Assembly: GCA_002104945.1 (NCBI GenBank)
Contig: MCFH01000015.1
Location: forward strand, 847,806 to 911,805
Source: Piromyces finnis finn
Taxonomy: Eukaryota; Fungi; Neocallimastigomycota
Length of the DNA stretch: 64,000 nt
Direction of reading: 5' to 3'
The translations under genes were made by a program, and so were the position numbers. Position 1 is the first letter of the stretch. Every line of letters begins with the position of its first letter. Of this stretch, positions 32,468 through 47,288 are shown one piece after another. Below the pieces are notes generated by a model. The model ran no database searches. It had not been told where the DNA came from and was given only the letters and a program-made list of their open reading frames with translations.

Positions 32468-33961
32468 AATTATATATGACTTTTCACTCGTGTTAAATTT
32501 AATAATTATAAAAGTCATATTATCAATCATTTGTAGAAGGAATGATTATTTTATAATTTAGTTTTAATTTCCTTCTTAATCAAATGAACAAAGAAATATT
32601 AATTCAAACTTTAATAAATATAAAATCTTAATAATTATAATTAATTAATATTTCTTAAAATATTATTTAATTATGTTTTATAATAAAATATTTCTAATTA
32701 ATTAAACGAATAAAACACTAATTAAATAAACAATCATGAATCCACTAATATTCATGACACAAAAATCAGGTTTAATAATAATTTTATATTTATTAATTTC
32801 ATTATTTAACAACACATGATGCGTTGACCGATATATTTGTGAATAATATAATGTTTTTAATAAATAATAAATTCTATATTATAATGATGAAACAATAAAT
32901 TTAAAATAAAATAAAATATGTTTTATAATTAACAAATAAATCACTCAAAACTCGAAAATAAACTCTTATTATGTTTTAAATTAAATCTTTATTATATTTT
33001 ATAATTTATTTATTATCTGTTTATGGTCTTTTTATTCTCTATTTATTGTCCCCCTTTATAAGGAAGAATTTTATCTTCCTTTTATACATTTTCATTTATT
33101 ACATGTATTATTATTTTTAACTATTAAATGTTATTATTACTATTGTTATTATTTATTAAAATTAAAAGAATAAATTAAAATTATGTCTTAGTATTATAAA
33201 ATATTATAGAATATTACTTATTTGATTTTCTTATTACTTCAAAATGTTTAAATTTAGAAAAATTATTATAAATTATCATTGACTATCATTAAATGTATAA
33301 TACTTTGAATAAAATAATTAAAATTTAAAATTAAAATAATATTAAAATAAAATTAAAATAAAATTAAAATAAAAATTTAACAAAATTAAAATATTAAAAG
33401 TATCAATTATTATAAACACTCATTTTATACAGAAACATAAAAGAGTTCTGTATTTTATCTTTGGAATTGTTATTATTGTTCTATTTCCAGGTTTTAAGTT
33501 TATCATTTTAGTAATAATTACTCAATTAGTTATTTTTTTAATTTATAAGTTTAAGAGAATTTCTAAAGAACACTTGGATAAACACTAGAATTAATAATTT
33601 GATGTATATCATTTTATTTTTAGTTTATTTATTCATTTTTATTTATTTATTATTATTTTATTATTTTAGTACATTATTGGATTAAGTCGTTTTATTTTAT
33701 TTAATAGTTTATTTTATTTAATAATTTATTTTATTTAATAATTTATTTTATTATTATCACTATTAGGTCGTTTTTACTCAGAATTTATTATATAATAAAG
33801 ATAATATTATTTATTTAAAGAAAGGGTTATATTTTCATAAAATTATTATTCATTCATCTTTAAGGGTTATTATTGTTTATTTTTATTATAAGTTACTATG
33901 GGTTAAGTCGTGTTTATTCAGCTAGTTTTTATCATGTTTTTATGTGAGTAGCGTATCATAC

Positions 33962-34820
33962 ATGCTACGGTTCAAATAAGATATCACAAAACACTTGAAT
34001 AGTTATAAAAATAAAAATTTTTAATTTTAATTTTTATTCATTTAATTTATTTTTGATTTTTCAATTTTTAAAATTTTTCTCAAAAATCCTCGTACTTTTT
34101 CCAACTATCCATTATTTGAAATTTAATGGTTTTGGATAGCTAAGGATTTAAATTGATTTCATTCATAATATATGGATCATTCACTGTAACATATATTAAT
34201 TAAATCCTTAATATATATTATGAATAATCTCTTAATATTTGAATAGAAAAATTTTTAATTTATAATTAATAAATTTTTAATTTATGATATGTGTAACATT
34301 TTTGCATATCATATATTATATATTTAATTATGACATATAATAAAATTATATTATTCAATTAATTATGCCCTTTTTTAGACATAAATAATAATTTTTCTGT
34401 CGAGGTATCTTCTGTTTTGTGTGTAACAGTTGCCTCTTTTAGTAAAATTTATAATTAAATTCTATGTCATAATTTCAAATTATAAAATATTATACAATAA
34501 AGTTAATTAATAAAATAAACCTTAAATAATAATAAAATACCTATAACTATTTTAATAATAAAATTTTGTAAAATTTTATAAGTATAAAATATTATAAGTA
34601 ATTATACTAATACTAATAATAAAGGTCTTAAATAACTATATACAAATAATATAACTATATAATAAAAATATTAATAATTACTAGAAAAATGTATAAAAAA
34701 TTATATATTATAATTTTTATATTTTAAAAATAGAGTTAAACACTAGTAAGGAATATAAATAGTTGAAAGTTAAATCCTAAAATTCTAGCTAATTCAACTA
34801 TTTATGTTCATTCCTTAACA
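33962..34820 (-). repeat. H-family LTR copy (left boundary not resolved)
   Basis: Near-identical to 58440-59299; ends TTAACA. Confidence 0.8.
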
Positions 34821-34823
34821 TAC

Positions 34824-35648
34824 TGTAAGAATTAATAATTATTTATTGAATAATTATTAATTCTTATTTAATTATTTTTTTAATTATTAAATTAATTAAT
34901 TATTTAAATTATTAGCATACATTCATTTAAATTACTATAAACAGTTATTTATATTAATATTAATTATTCATTTACTAAATGTAAAATTTATTTAATTATT
35001 ATATTAATTAATTATTTATTTAATTTAGTAATTTATCTAAAATAATAGTAAACATTCATTTATTCTATTATTTAATAATTTTTGTATTACATTTTATAAG
35101 AAACATTATGTATTTTATTTTACGTTTGTATTTTATATTTATGTATCGTATCTTGAAATAACTTATAGAAACAACTAGAAGATATAAATAAATATTAGGG
35201 CAATCGGATATTAAGGTTTTTCCGAATTTTATTCGGTTTTACTTAATATTACGATGATTGATATATTAGTTATCAATCGAATATCTTTTTAGGTTTTTCT
35301 TCTAGTCTTTTCCTAAAAAGATTATTTGTTAAGATTAGAAATTTTTTATTAAACTTTAAATTATTAAAAAATTATAAATAAAAGAACTCTGGAATACCAC
35401 TTAAAAATCCAGAGTTATTATTATAAGAACTATTATAATAAATAACCTTTATTAAAACAATATTAATAAAATATTTTAAATTAATTAACATTAAAAGTTT
35501 TGTGTTGTTTATTATACTTCCTTATAATAAACTCTTATTAAGATAAGTATAAAATTTTATTTTAACTTCTCAGTTTAATAATACTAATTATTATTAAATT
35601 GAAGATAATAATTATTATTATATAATACATATAATAATAATTATTACA
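34824..35648. mobile_element. Solo LTR, I/J family
   Basis: TGTAAGAA..ATTACA; TSD CATAC (34819-34823, 35649-35653). Confidence 0.8.
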
Positions 35649-35657
35649 CATACAAAC

Positions 35658-36261
35658 TGTCAAAAAGCGATTTTTTATTAAAGAAAAGTGTGGTAAGCAC
35701 ACTAGTTATATTAATTAATAAATATAATACGCTTTCCTATTGAAGGCGTAAAGCTAATAATATTTATATAAAGAAATTTAAAATTTTTATTTTAGCAATA
35801 ACTTAATATCAGCATATATTAAGTTATTAAAAATATTAAAATATTTAAAGTTTTAGGTTTTATAGGAGTTTATAAATTTTATTAACTTTAGGTTAAAAAA
35901 TTACTAACGCTAAAGCTTCGTAATTTTTGTCAATTTTTGTTCTTTTTATACATGAACAATTTTAATTATTACATTTTTTAATTTTAATTAATTATTATCT
36001 AATTATAAAATATTTAATTTTTATAAATTAATAATTAATATAATTATTGTAAATAGTTAATAAATTTAAATTAAAATTTTTAATAATAAAATTTTAATAA
36101 TTTTAAAAAATTTAATAATTTCAAATATTAGAAATTTTATACTTTGAAATTTTTTAATAAAAATTTAAAAAATAAATTTTTTCAAATTTTCAAATTTTCA
36201 AATTTTAAAAAAAATTTTTAATTTCTTCCATTTGTCCAAATTTTTTAAATTTTTATATATG
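35658..36261 (-). repeat. B-family solo LTR (inverted), split by element C; last 11 bp at 58427-58437
   Basis: Reverse complement of the B LTRs; TTATTGTGACA resumes after C's TSD. Confidence 0.9.
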
Positions 36262-37090
36262 TGTAAAATATTCTAAACTAAGTTCAGGTTTGTATACACT
36301 CAATATTCTAAACTACACTTTAAATTATTTTTAATTTTTTATATTTTATTTTAAATTATTTTAAAATAACTAAACTAAACAACCGTTGATTACTTTACCG
36401 TGAAGGATATTTTACCAGAGCCCTCACTAGGTAATCAATATTTATTATTAAAAAAAAACAACTAAACTAATTATAAACTAATGTTAATTTATCTAAACAA
36501 AATTAACCTATACGATTTTCCAGTTATCGTTTCAATAGTTGAAAAATTATTCATACTTTTTAAATAAATTGAATAAATTCTAATATACATGTTTTAATAT
36601 TATAATTTTACATTGTTTACATTTATACATTTATTAAAAGAAATTATTTGTATTAAACTATTTAAATTCAATTTATTTACTAAAGAATTTTCTAAACTTA
36701 AAATATAGTTTTGATTTATTTACTATATGGTTGATTATATTTCAAACATATATTCAATTTATTTATTTCTAATTTTGAGGCTTAGTTTATAAAAAAAATT
36801 TTTTTTTTATCTAAAATATTTATTGGTTAAAATTTATTTAATTTAAAATTCTATTTTATCATCAAAAACTTTATCTTATCATAAAATTAAATTTTACATA
36901 AATTTATGTTAATGTATTGTGATATAAATTTTTGTAATTAAAAAATAAAATTTACATAAATTTATGTTAATGTATTGTGATATAAATTTTATGAAATTTT
37001 ACGGTACATTAATTTAATACATTATACATTATTTTAAATACGTATTAAATACATTATTCTATTAATACAATATTTTACATGCCCCTCTTC

Positions 37091-38812
37091 TTAAGTCGAG
37101 CCCCTGAGCGACTTTTGTTTAAGGTATTCCTGGATCAACTGAGGGTCTTCGATTTTATCTTCTCTAAGCCATGTACTTTCTGAAGGTAATAAACTTTCCC
37201 CAACCATAAAGTAGTACTTAGTTCCATTAACAACTTTTTCACTAACAATCTTCAATGGAATTCTTCCTTCAGTAGAATCAGTAGCAATGTTTGGAATTCT
37301 AGAAGTTGATTCATTCACTTCAACTTCTCTTTCAACAAAAGGTTCTAAGTTCGAAATGTGAAAAACGGGATGACATCTTAGACTTTCTGGTAGTTCCAAT
37401 TTATAAGAAACAGGTCCTGTTTTTTCAATGATCTTAAATGGTCCAAGTTTCTTATTTGTTAATTTTGGAGGCCCTTTCGGAAGTAAATCAGGACGCTTTA
37501 ACCAAACTAAGTCACCAATCTTTAACTTAGGTCCAATAAGTCTAATACAATCGGCGTATTTCTTATATCTTTCCTTGGCTTTTTCTAAGTTCTTCTTTAA
37601 AAATTTAATATTATCTTGCATCTGAGAGGCGTGCCTGTTAGCTCTTCTGTTGTCACTATCAGCAGGAATATCGGTATTAAATCTTGGATTTTGCCCATAA
37701 TTTGCAAAGAATGGAGTTTGATTTATAGATTGCTGAAGTGTATTATTATACGCAAATTCGGCATAAGGCAAAAGGTTCATCCAGTTGTCTTTTCTTTTAT
37801 TAATATAACATCTAAGAAATTGTTCTAATATACTATTTACACGTTCAGTCTGCCCGTCTGTTTGAGGATGGTGAGCACTCGAAATATTGTGCTTAATGTT
37901 CAACAAAGTGCATAATCTTTGCCAAAATTCAGAAGTAAATTGGGTTCCTCGATCCGATATTATTTCATCAGGTAGGCCATGTAAACGAAAAACTTCTCTA
38001 AAGAAAACATCAGCGGCAATTTGAGCAGTCGGAATCATTCTAAACGGAATAAAATGAGCCATCTTCGTTAATCTATCCACAACAACCATTATAACTGTTT
38101 TTTCCTTTGACTTTGGCAAATCAGTTATAAAATCCATAGAAACAGAAGACCACGGTCTTTCAGGAGTTGGTAGCGGCTGTAAAAGTCCATAAGGTCTATG
38201 ACGATCAACCTTAGCAGCTCCACAAACTTTACAAGAAGCAATAAACTTAACTATATCTTGAGTCATGTTTATCCAAACAAAGTTTCTTGTAATTAATTCT
38301 TTTGTTTTAATAATACCAAAATGACCATGAATTGGATTGTCATGATGCATTGAGATTATTATATCTCTCATTTTCTTTGGTACATAAATTAAACTTTTAT
38401 ACAAAAGAATTCCTTCTTCGCTTAACTTAAAATTCTTCATTAACTTCTTATACTTCTTACTTGCGGTAGATTTTCCTTGTAGAATATTTATTAACTCCTT
38501 AATTTCTTCATCTTCTTTAATTTCTTTAATTAAATCTTCTTTGAGATTCCCTTGAATAGACACAAGACATAAAGTATCTTCGATTTCTTTAACTGTCAAG
38601 CAAGAATAGGCTTCTTCGTCTTCTTTATTACTTTTATCTTCTTCATAATCAGGACGTCTTGAAAAAGCATCAGGTTTTCCACCTTCTTTACCCGGTCTAT
38701 ATTGTATTTTGAAATCATAACGGGTCAAAAACAAATTCCAGCGAATTTGTCTTTGCGACAATAGTTCAGGCTTCCTAGGAAAGGTAAGATTTTTATGATC
38801 CGTATAGATCAT
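37091..38812 (-). pseudogene. C pol: RNase H end, integrase, chromodomain-like
   Basis: HDNPIHGH..CKVC, SDRG, QTER, KLGPF. In frame after a TGA at 38828-38830 (WRHYLE*VKYQF). Confidence 0.9.
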
Positions 38813-38827
38813 AAATTGATACTTAAC

Positions 38828-39889
38828 TCATTCTAAATAGTGTCTCCATTGTTTCAAAGCTTCAATAACAGCCAAAAGTTCCTTATCATAAATAGGATAA
38901 TTCTTTTCCGATTTAGTCAATCCCCTTGAATAATAACAAATTGGATGAAGTTCATTATTATTCGGTAACCTTTGAGACAATACAGCACCGATTGCAAAAT
39001 TACTTGCATCTGTCTCAACCACAAAAGGTAATTCAGGATCAGCATGAATTAAAATTGGTTCTTCGGTAAAGAATTTCTTTAAAGTACAAAAAGCTTCATT
39101 ACATTCTTCTGACCAATGAAATTTAACATCTTTCTTTGTTAGATTATGTAACGGTTTAGCAATACCAGCAAAGTTTGGAATAAATCTTCTATAATAATTA
39201 CATAATCCGATAAATGATTGCACTTCTTTAACAGATGTTGGTACAGGCCATTCCATAATAGCTTTAACCTTCTTTGGATCCATAGAGATTCCTTTATCTG
39301 AGATAACATGCCCTAAGAAAGTAGTTTCTGAAGTTTCAAATTCGCATTTACTAAGTTTTGCATATAAACCATTTTCTTTTAATCTTTGAAGAACTTTCTT
39401 TACGTGCTTTCGATGTTCTTCTAAGTTTTTCGAATAGATAAGAATATCATCAATATAAGAAAAAGCAAATTCATCCAAGTATTCCCCGAGAACATCATTG
39501 ATAAAATGTTGGAAAGTTGCAGGTGCGTTTTTCAACCCAAACGGCATGACAAGATATTCAAAGTGACCAAATCTTGTCCTAAATGCAGTTTTATATTCAT
39601 CACCTTCATTTATTCGAACTAGATTATAAGCAGACTTGAGATCAAGTTTAGTAAAGACTTTTGCTTCTCTTAATCTATCGAATAATTCAGATATGAGAGG
39701 TAATGGATATGAATCCCTGATTGTGTTTTCATTGAGTCTTCGGTAGTCAACACACAATCTTAAAGTCCCATCCTTTTTCCTAACGAACAACACAGGTGCT
39801 CCGGCAGGTGAAGTAGACGGTCTAATAAATCCTTTTTCTAAATTTTCAGAAATATACTCCTTTAACGTATTCCTTTCTTCTTCTGTCAA
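38828..39889 (-). pseudogene. C pol: RT and RNase H
   Basis: LDLKSAY, YIDD, ETDAS; the frame is restored across the G solo LTR (GPLYPL|TEEE). Confidence 0.92.
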
Positions 39890-39891
39890 AG

Positions 39892-40679
39892 TGTAAAGAT
39901 ATAATATATATCTTTAGATTATTTAATAATTAATTATTAATTATTAAATAATAAATTAATATTTAGTAAAACTGATTATAAAATTTTTGAGTAGATTTTA
40001 TGGAATAATTTAATAATAAATTATTTTATAATAATTCCGTTAAATTTAAATTAAGATAAATATTTAAGTTTAAGGAATAAAAGAATTTTAATTAAATTTA
40101 AATATTTCAAATATTTTAAATAATTAAAATATTTTTCAAATACTTTTTATTTAATTTTAGAATAGATTATACTTTTTTATTTAAATTTAGAATAGTTTAA
40201 TAATTTTAACTTAGTTTTAAAAATAGATTTATTTATATTTCAATAGGAAATATATTAAGAATAGTATTGATAATATTAAATTAATTTATAGAAAATACAT
40301 GGGCTTTATTCAATTTTGAGTTTACTCAAATTGAATTAAAAGTATAATGAATTAGTTTAGTTTAGTTCTGTTATTTTATTATTTAATTAAATTAGTTTTG
40401 CTTATTTTATATTAAATATATGTTTATTTAAATAGAATAATATATTAGAATATAATTATGAAAAAATATAAATACATGTAATTTTTATTTGTTAAATCGA
40501 TGTAATTGTTATTTTCAATTTTTTAATTATTAACTATTATATAGTTAATAATCTTTTTAAGAGTTTTAAATAAAATGATTTTTAAAATAAAAATTTAATG
40601 TTTTATTTTTTTATTTTTGTGTTAATAAAAATTGTTTTGTTTTAAGTATGAAATCTGTTTTAAATTTTATACTTTTACA
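39892..40679. mobile_element. Solo LTR, G family, inserted in C pol
   Basis: TG..CA ends; TSD CAAAG (39887-39891, 40680-40684). Confidence 0.94.
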
Positions 40680-40684
40680 CAAAG

Positions 40685-42452
40685 GGTATAACGGACCATA
40701 AAATAAGTTATCTTTATCTTTCAATCTTATTTTACAATCGTATATTCGATGTGGAGGTAGTTCATTACACTCAACTTCATCAAATACACTTTCAAATTCC
40801 TTATATACATCAGGAATTTCTACAACACTTTCTTCAACATCTTCATCTTTATTTCCTTCATTTGAAATAACACTACATACAATATACTTTTGAACATTCT
40901 TTTTATTTAATTTTAAGTTTTTACTACATTTCTTTTTAATACATGAATTCTTATTTTTATCTATAATTTTTATATTTTCTTTGTTCTTAATTTCACTATC
41001 TCTAATTTTTAAACTATTTTTATAATTATTGAGTATTTCCTGTACTAGTTCCTTCTCTTTTCTTCTTTCTTCTTCCTTGGACAATTCTTCTTCTTTGCTT
41101 CTTTTTTCCATTTCTTCTGGAGTAGCACAGCAATTTAAAGAACAGAATTTGGACTTAAATTCTAGAGTTTGATCCTTGAAGCTAATTGTAGGATCATGTT
41201 TTCTTAACCAATTCTTACCCAAAATAACAGAAATACCAGAAGGAAGATCGGTAAGGTAGAATTGAATGGATTCCTTATGATTCTTGATATTCATGATCAA
41301 AGGAATTGTTTCATACTTCAAGAATCCATTACTACCTATACCTTCAACATATTTATCCTTAAACATTCTTTGGAATGGAATCTTGTACTTATCAACGGCC
41401 TTCCAATCCAAAAAGTCCAAGTCCGAACCAGAATCCACAAGAGCCTTAAGATAAACACCATTATTAACTTGTAACAGAATATCGTAAACATTTAACATTC
41501 TTCTTCCAGCGGTAGTAGCCATGAATGCTTTTGGTCTATTTATAACCTTATCCTTAAGTTGAGAACAATCCTTTTTAACATGACCAGTCCTTTTGCAGAA
41601 GAAACATTTTCTTGGTTTAGCTGAGGTAGTGGGGCTTTCTTGGTCTACATAATTTCTATATTTTACACCATAAGAGAGGTACCTTGATCCTAAGTCTCTG
41701 TTATATCTTCGGTTCTTCTTTCCGTCGACATCCATAGGATCTTTTCCAAAGACTTTCCATTCTAATTCTATATTGGCAGCAACGACATTAATTAACTCAG
41801 TTAACTTCCTAATTCTTGGGTAAAGGAGCTTAGCTTTTTCCTTGACTGAAGTTGGTAAACCTTCCATAAAGAAATGGATTTTCGCTTCATCGTTAAAAGA
41901 CGAGTCTCTAGCCATCTTTTCAAATTCTTCGCAGTAGTCCATGACGTTCTTGAATTGACTTGACTTCAATTTTGCAAGTCGACTATTGGCTACATCGGCA
42001 CTGTTGCAAGTTTTGTAGCGAGCCTTCATTGCCTCGATAAAGTCTTCGTAAGAGTTCAACAGGGGGCTTTCTTCTCTTTCTAAGTCGGCAAACCATTCGG
42101 CGGCGGTTCCTTCCAGGTAGCATCCCAAGATATCCAGCTTGTAGGCGTCGGTAGCATCTTCTTCCAAGTTATATTTAAAGTATTTCTCCAATCTTGCCAG
42201 GAAGTAAAGAAGTTCACTTCTTTTTCCCGAAAATCTTGGAGGTTTTGGGATGAGTTTTCCCCTGGTGTTAACGCTTTTACCAGTCTCATCCTCAATATCC
42301 ATCATGGAACTCGCCTCAGAGCCTGCGTCACTGACTCCAGCTATTCCATCGTCACGGTTGTCTAACATTCTATATCTAGTATTCATATTACTACTTAATA
42401 AACAACAAATAGTCAACCAATATTTAATATCCCAATTATTTATACTATTCAA
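40685..42452 (-). pseudogene. C gag-protease and start of RT
   Basis: PPRFSGKR, CFFCKRTGHVKKDC, LVDSGS, LPPHRIYDCKI. Confidence 0.92.
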
Positions 42453-45400
42453 CTTGACTATTCCTAATTATTTTATTCTTATATTAAATAAATAATTTAA
42501 CAACCTTATTATTATACTATACTAACCTTTTTATTATTTACTACTACTAAACTAACAACTAGTTATTAACCAAACTAATATATTTTTATTATTACTATTT
42601 ATTGATTATTAACTATTAAACTATTTTAACAACAAATTATTCTATACCAAATAATTATAAAATACCCCGAAATTAACTAAAATTAATTTCTAACAAAAAA
42701 ATTTTTTTTTTTTTTTTTTTTTAATATTAATATTTTTTATATAATCCCCGAATTTAATCTATTATTAAATTCTCACTATAATTAATTATTAATTTTTTTT
42801 CTATTACTATTCGTATACAAAGGTGAACTTTCTATTCTAATAATTTGGAAAATTGTAAAATATTCTAAACTAAGTTCAGGTTTGTATACACTCAATATTC
42901 TAAACTACACTTTAAATTATTTTTAATTTTTTATATTTTATTTATTAAATTATTTTAAAATAACTAAACTAAACAACCGTTGATTACTTTACCGTGAAGG
43001 ATATTTTACCAGAGCCCTCACTATACATGTTTTAATATTATAATTTTACATTGTTTACATTTATACATTTATTAAAAGAAATTATTTGTATTAAACTATT
43101 TAAATTCAATTTATTTACTAAAGAATTTTCTAAACTTAAAATAAAGTTTTGATTTATTTACTATATGGTTGATTATATTTCAAACATATATTCAATTTAT
43201 TTATTTCTAATTTTGAGGCTTAGTTTATAAAAAAATTTTTTTTTTATCTAAAATATTTATTGGTTAAAATTTATTTAATTTAAAATTCTATTTTATCATC
43301 AAAAACTTTATCTTATCATAAAATTAAATTTTACATAAATTTATGTTAATGTATTGTGATATAAATTTTTGTAATTAAAAAATAAAATTTACATAAATTT
43401 ATGTTAATGTATTGTGATATAAATTTTATGAAATTTTACGGTACATTAATTTAATACATTGTACATTATTTTAAATACGTATTAATGTTAAGTTTTTGGA
43501 TTTGGTTATGCGGCCAGGTCAGAATGTTATCAATTATATAGTAAATATGTTTTTTAAGAAATTAAATTTAAATATAAAATAACCCTTTAAACTTCCAAAT
43601 GAGAAATTAATATTTATTCTTTAGAATAACTTTTTTATAAAATTTTATTTATTTATTAATAATAATATAAATGATAATATATTTAATAACTATATAATTA
43701 AGATTATAACTATAATCTTTACAAAGAATTAAAATCGAATCCAATTCATTCTATTTTATATTCTTTGTTCAGATTATTAAATTGATAAAAATAAAGTATT
43801 ACATGTAATATGTTAATAATATAATAAGATTGTTTGTTTGTTTGTTTGTCTGTTTGTTTTGTCATGACATAAAATAAAATAAACATATGATTAATCATTT
43901 AAACACTTGATCCATTAACCTATTTTATAATAATTAAAATTATTTAATTTATAAATGTTAACCGTTACACCTAAATGGTTTAGTTCTATTTTTAGTAACA
44001 GTCACTATCATTAATTAAATTAATATAATTAGAATTTCTATTGATATCTTTTTAATTTTCGTCAAGTCATAAGAAATGTCTATGATCCATACTTGATATC
44101 ATATTAATTTTAATTTACTTATTAAAATCTTCGAATGATCATATCTTCCTTAAATGACCTGTTAGAAGGACCGCGATTGTACCAAAATGTAGCTTTTTCC
44201 TTAAGCTTTCTAATAAGCCTGGTTTCATAGCCGTAGCACTTGTTTCGTGTTTGTTTATTTTTGGTTAAGGGTTATAGTGTATTGATATTAAATTTTTTGA
44301 AATCATAACCCTTTCACTGAACCAAAATTTAAAAGGTGACTTTTAAAGGTGTTTTAAAATAATTATTGGAATTATTTAATTCTAATTATTATGTTTAATT
44401 AATTATAGATATTATCTAAATTTGTTTTAAATCCAGTTAATATGTCACGAATACTAGTGAAATTACAATTTCAAGATCACTTGGAATTGTGAAATCACTT
44501 ATGAAAATTCAAAATCAACAAATATTTTATTTTCAAATAAATTATAAAATTTTATTAAGAAATATTTAAAAATTAAGAAAAGGTTAAAATATGACCTTAA
44601 CCCTTAATAATTTTTATAATAAATAACTTTAACCCTTATCGTTAAAATGGAATAAGAAAAAACACGCGTATCTCCTCAACGAATGACGATTTTTGAATAA
44701 AAATATTTTGGTTATAATTAAGTTCGTTAGAAAGCCACGCTCGAGACAAACAACATATCTTAAAATCATGTCAATATCTCTGCTGGTTCACGAGATATTC
44801 CAATTTAAAGATATTTTGTTAGCAATGATTAATTGTTTATTCAGAGAATGATCACCCCTGATATATCAAACATAAATCATTCACTCAAAGTATAAAAAAT
44901 TATTGTTTAATTAAATTAAAATTATTTTCCGGAACTAATTAACTTTATTTTATAATAATTATTTCAATAACATAATTTATAATCTTTGAACTAGAGGATT
45001 ATAATTATTAATATTATATTCAATGAATTATATTATAATTAAGAAATAATTAATATTATGAATATTATAAACAATAGTTATTTTTTAATAATTAGGAATA
45101 AGTCTTAAGTTTAGTTTAAGTATTATAAAATATATTATGAATATAATCATGTATTGAAAAGTTATTTTATTATTAAATGTAAAATTACAAATAGTATAAA
45201 TAGTTTAGAATAGTTTTATGAATTAAATCTTTGTAAAGATTATTATCTTATTAATACTTAATAAGTATTACTATTAAATAATCTTATTATTATATATATT
45301 CTTTAAATAAAATAAAAAGGAATTATTTTAACTATAATACATAATATAATTATTCATTTATAAATCAATTAAGATTATTTTAATAAAACATTTTTTTTTC

Positions 45401-45545
45401 TAACCTAGTTATCTTTTAACCTTTTATTTAATTTAATATTTTAATATTAAATTATAAGTTTAGTAAAACTTTTACAATAATCTTTACCGCGTTTTTTACC
45501 ATAACTACCTTAGGAAAAAACTTAATTTAAAAATTTAAAAAAAAA

Positions 45546-46457
45546 ATGACTCAACCAACACCTAAACCAGTTCAACAATTCCTAAAGCCTCAAGATTTAG
45601 AAGAATTTAAGAAAAATCTTTGTGGTGAATTAGACAAGTATATCACTCAACAATTGGATAAAAATACCACCTCCTTGTTAGAACGTATGGATGCTATGTT
45701 AAAGGAACTTAAGAGTCGTGCTAATTATACTGAAACCGAGGAATCTTCTACTGATTATGATGAAGATCATGATGTTATAATGCGTAATAGAACCTATCCT
45801 ATCAAACAAGTACCAGATCCAGGATTCTTTACTGGTGATACTACTCAGACTGAGTTATTCTGCGAACTCTGCCAAGCTACCTTTAAAACTCCACCTAACA
45901 ATCAACTATCTGAAGAAGTAAAAATTAACTTTGTTGTTGTTAGATTACGTGATTCTGCCAGAACTTGGTATCATATTAAATATAAAGATGGTATTACTCC
46001 TATGACTATGAACGAACTATTAAGTGAATTAAACAAAGCTTTTTCAAATGTTACCAGTACCAAATTAGCCATGATTCAATTAATAGAATTAAGACAAGCT
46101 TATGGAAAAGTGAACGATTATATTAACAAATTTAGAGATTTAAGTCGTTGTTTAGAGATAGATGACATTAGTCTTTCACTAATATTTTTAAATGGTTTAC
46201 ATCCAAAATATAAGAATGAAATTAAGAAAGCTGATATTTTACCTAACACTTTAAGTGAAATGGTTACAAAGTGTATAATTTTTGAAAATTCTCTTGCTAC
46301 TAATAATAAATTAAATATCAATAATAATAATAATAAAAATCAACATTACAATAAGAGAAACAATAGGAAATTCAATAAGAATAAAACCCATTATCAAAAT
46401 TCAAACAATAATAATAATTATGTCAATAAAGTTCAAAAAATGAACTCAAAAAACTAA
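45546..46457 (+). CDS. F Gag
   Basis: DVIM..PDPGFFTGD..LRDSARTWY..FLNGL retrotransposon Gag motifs. Confidence 0.9.
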   Translation: MTQPTPKPVQQFLKPQDLEEFKKNLCGELDKYITQQLDKNTTSLLERMDAMLKELKSRANYTETEESSTDYDEDHDVIMRNRTYPIKQVPDPGFFTGDTTQTELFCELCQATFKTPPNNQLSEEVKINFVVVRLRDSARTWYHIKYKDGITPMTMNELLSELNKAFSNVTSTKLAMIQLIELRQAYGKVNDYINKFRDLSRCLEIDDISLSLIFLNGLHPKYKNEIKKADILPNTLSEMVTKCIIFENSLATNNKLNINNNNNKNQHYNKRNNRKFNKNKTHYQNSNNNNNYVNKVQKMNSKN

Positions 46458-46492
46458 GAAATGAACTCTCAAGAGAGTCTAAGAGAGTTCAT
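46448..46492 (+). promoter_or_regulatory. -1 programmed ribosomal frameshift signal of F
   Basis: A AAA AAC in phase before the gag stop, 6-nt spacer, 10-bp stem ATGAACTCTC/GAGAGTTCAT; the -1 frame is open into pol. Confidence 0.8.
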
Positions 46493-46549
46493 AATACAAA
46501 AATAATACATTACAACTTTCCTACATATGACTCTAAAATAAATAAAAAA

Positions 46550-47288
46550 TTGCCTACAACATTTTTCAACTTAAAATTTTTTATCCCAATTAAATTAAAC
46601 AAACTTTATGATTTAAAAAATTCAATTAATAAAAATCAATACAATTTAATTTTAGATAGTGGCTCATATTGCAACTTTATTTCAATCAACTTGGTCAATA
46701 AATTAAAACTAAAACCACACAAATTATTACACTCAATTGAAATAAATGGAATTAGTGGTTCAATATTTATTGATACATACACCTTCTTATATTTTAAGAC
46801 TACTATCTATATTAATCATTCAAAATTTTTAATTACTTTTAAAGAAAAATTTCTAATTATTAAAAATCTTCCAACAGATTTGTTATTAGGCAATAAATTT
46901 TTACACAAATATCAACTACATTTTAATTATAATAAAAATTTTGTATATTCAAGTTTAAATTTTAACAATTTTAAAAAATTAAATTCTAATAAAATTATAT
47001 ATAAAATTAATAAAAACCGATTGAATAAATCCAAAAATTTAAAAATTAAAACCATTAATCATAATAAATTAACTTCCAATACATCTTTTAATAATTTGAA
47101 AAATTGCTCTAAACCAAAATATCAAAATTTCAGCTATAATTACTTTATTCACTCATTTTTAGCTAATAGTGAAAAAGATTATAATACTGATGATGAAGAT
47201 GATAATGAAGAAGACTTCAAATTAGAAGAAGTACCAGAACCATATCGTGATTTAGCGGAAGTTTTCAGCAAGGTTAAGGCTGATAAAC
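46550..47288 (+). pseudogene. F pol N-part (protease), cut by E
   Basis: ILDSGS, DLLLGNKFL; ends KADK|LPPH across E. Confidence 0.9.

Noticed and set aside
29575-33960. Host genes or RNA genes in the AT-rich spacers
   Set aside because: No ORFs, tRNA- or rRNA-like sequence seen; the DNA looks like decayed repeats.
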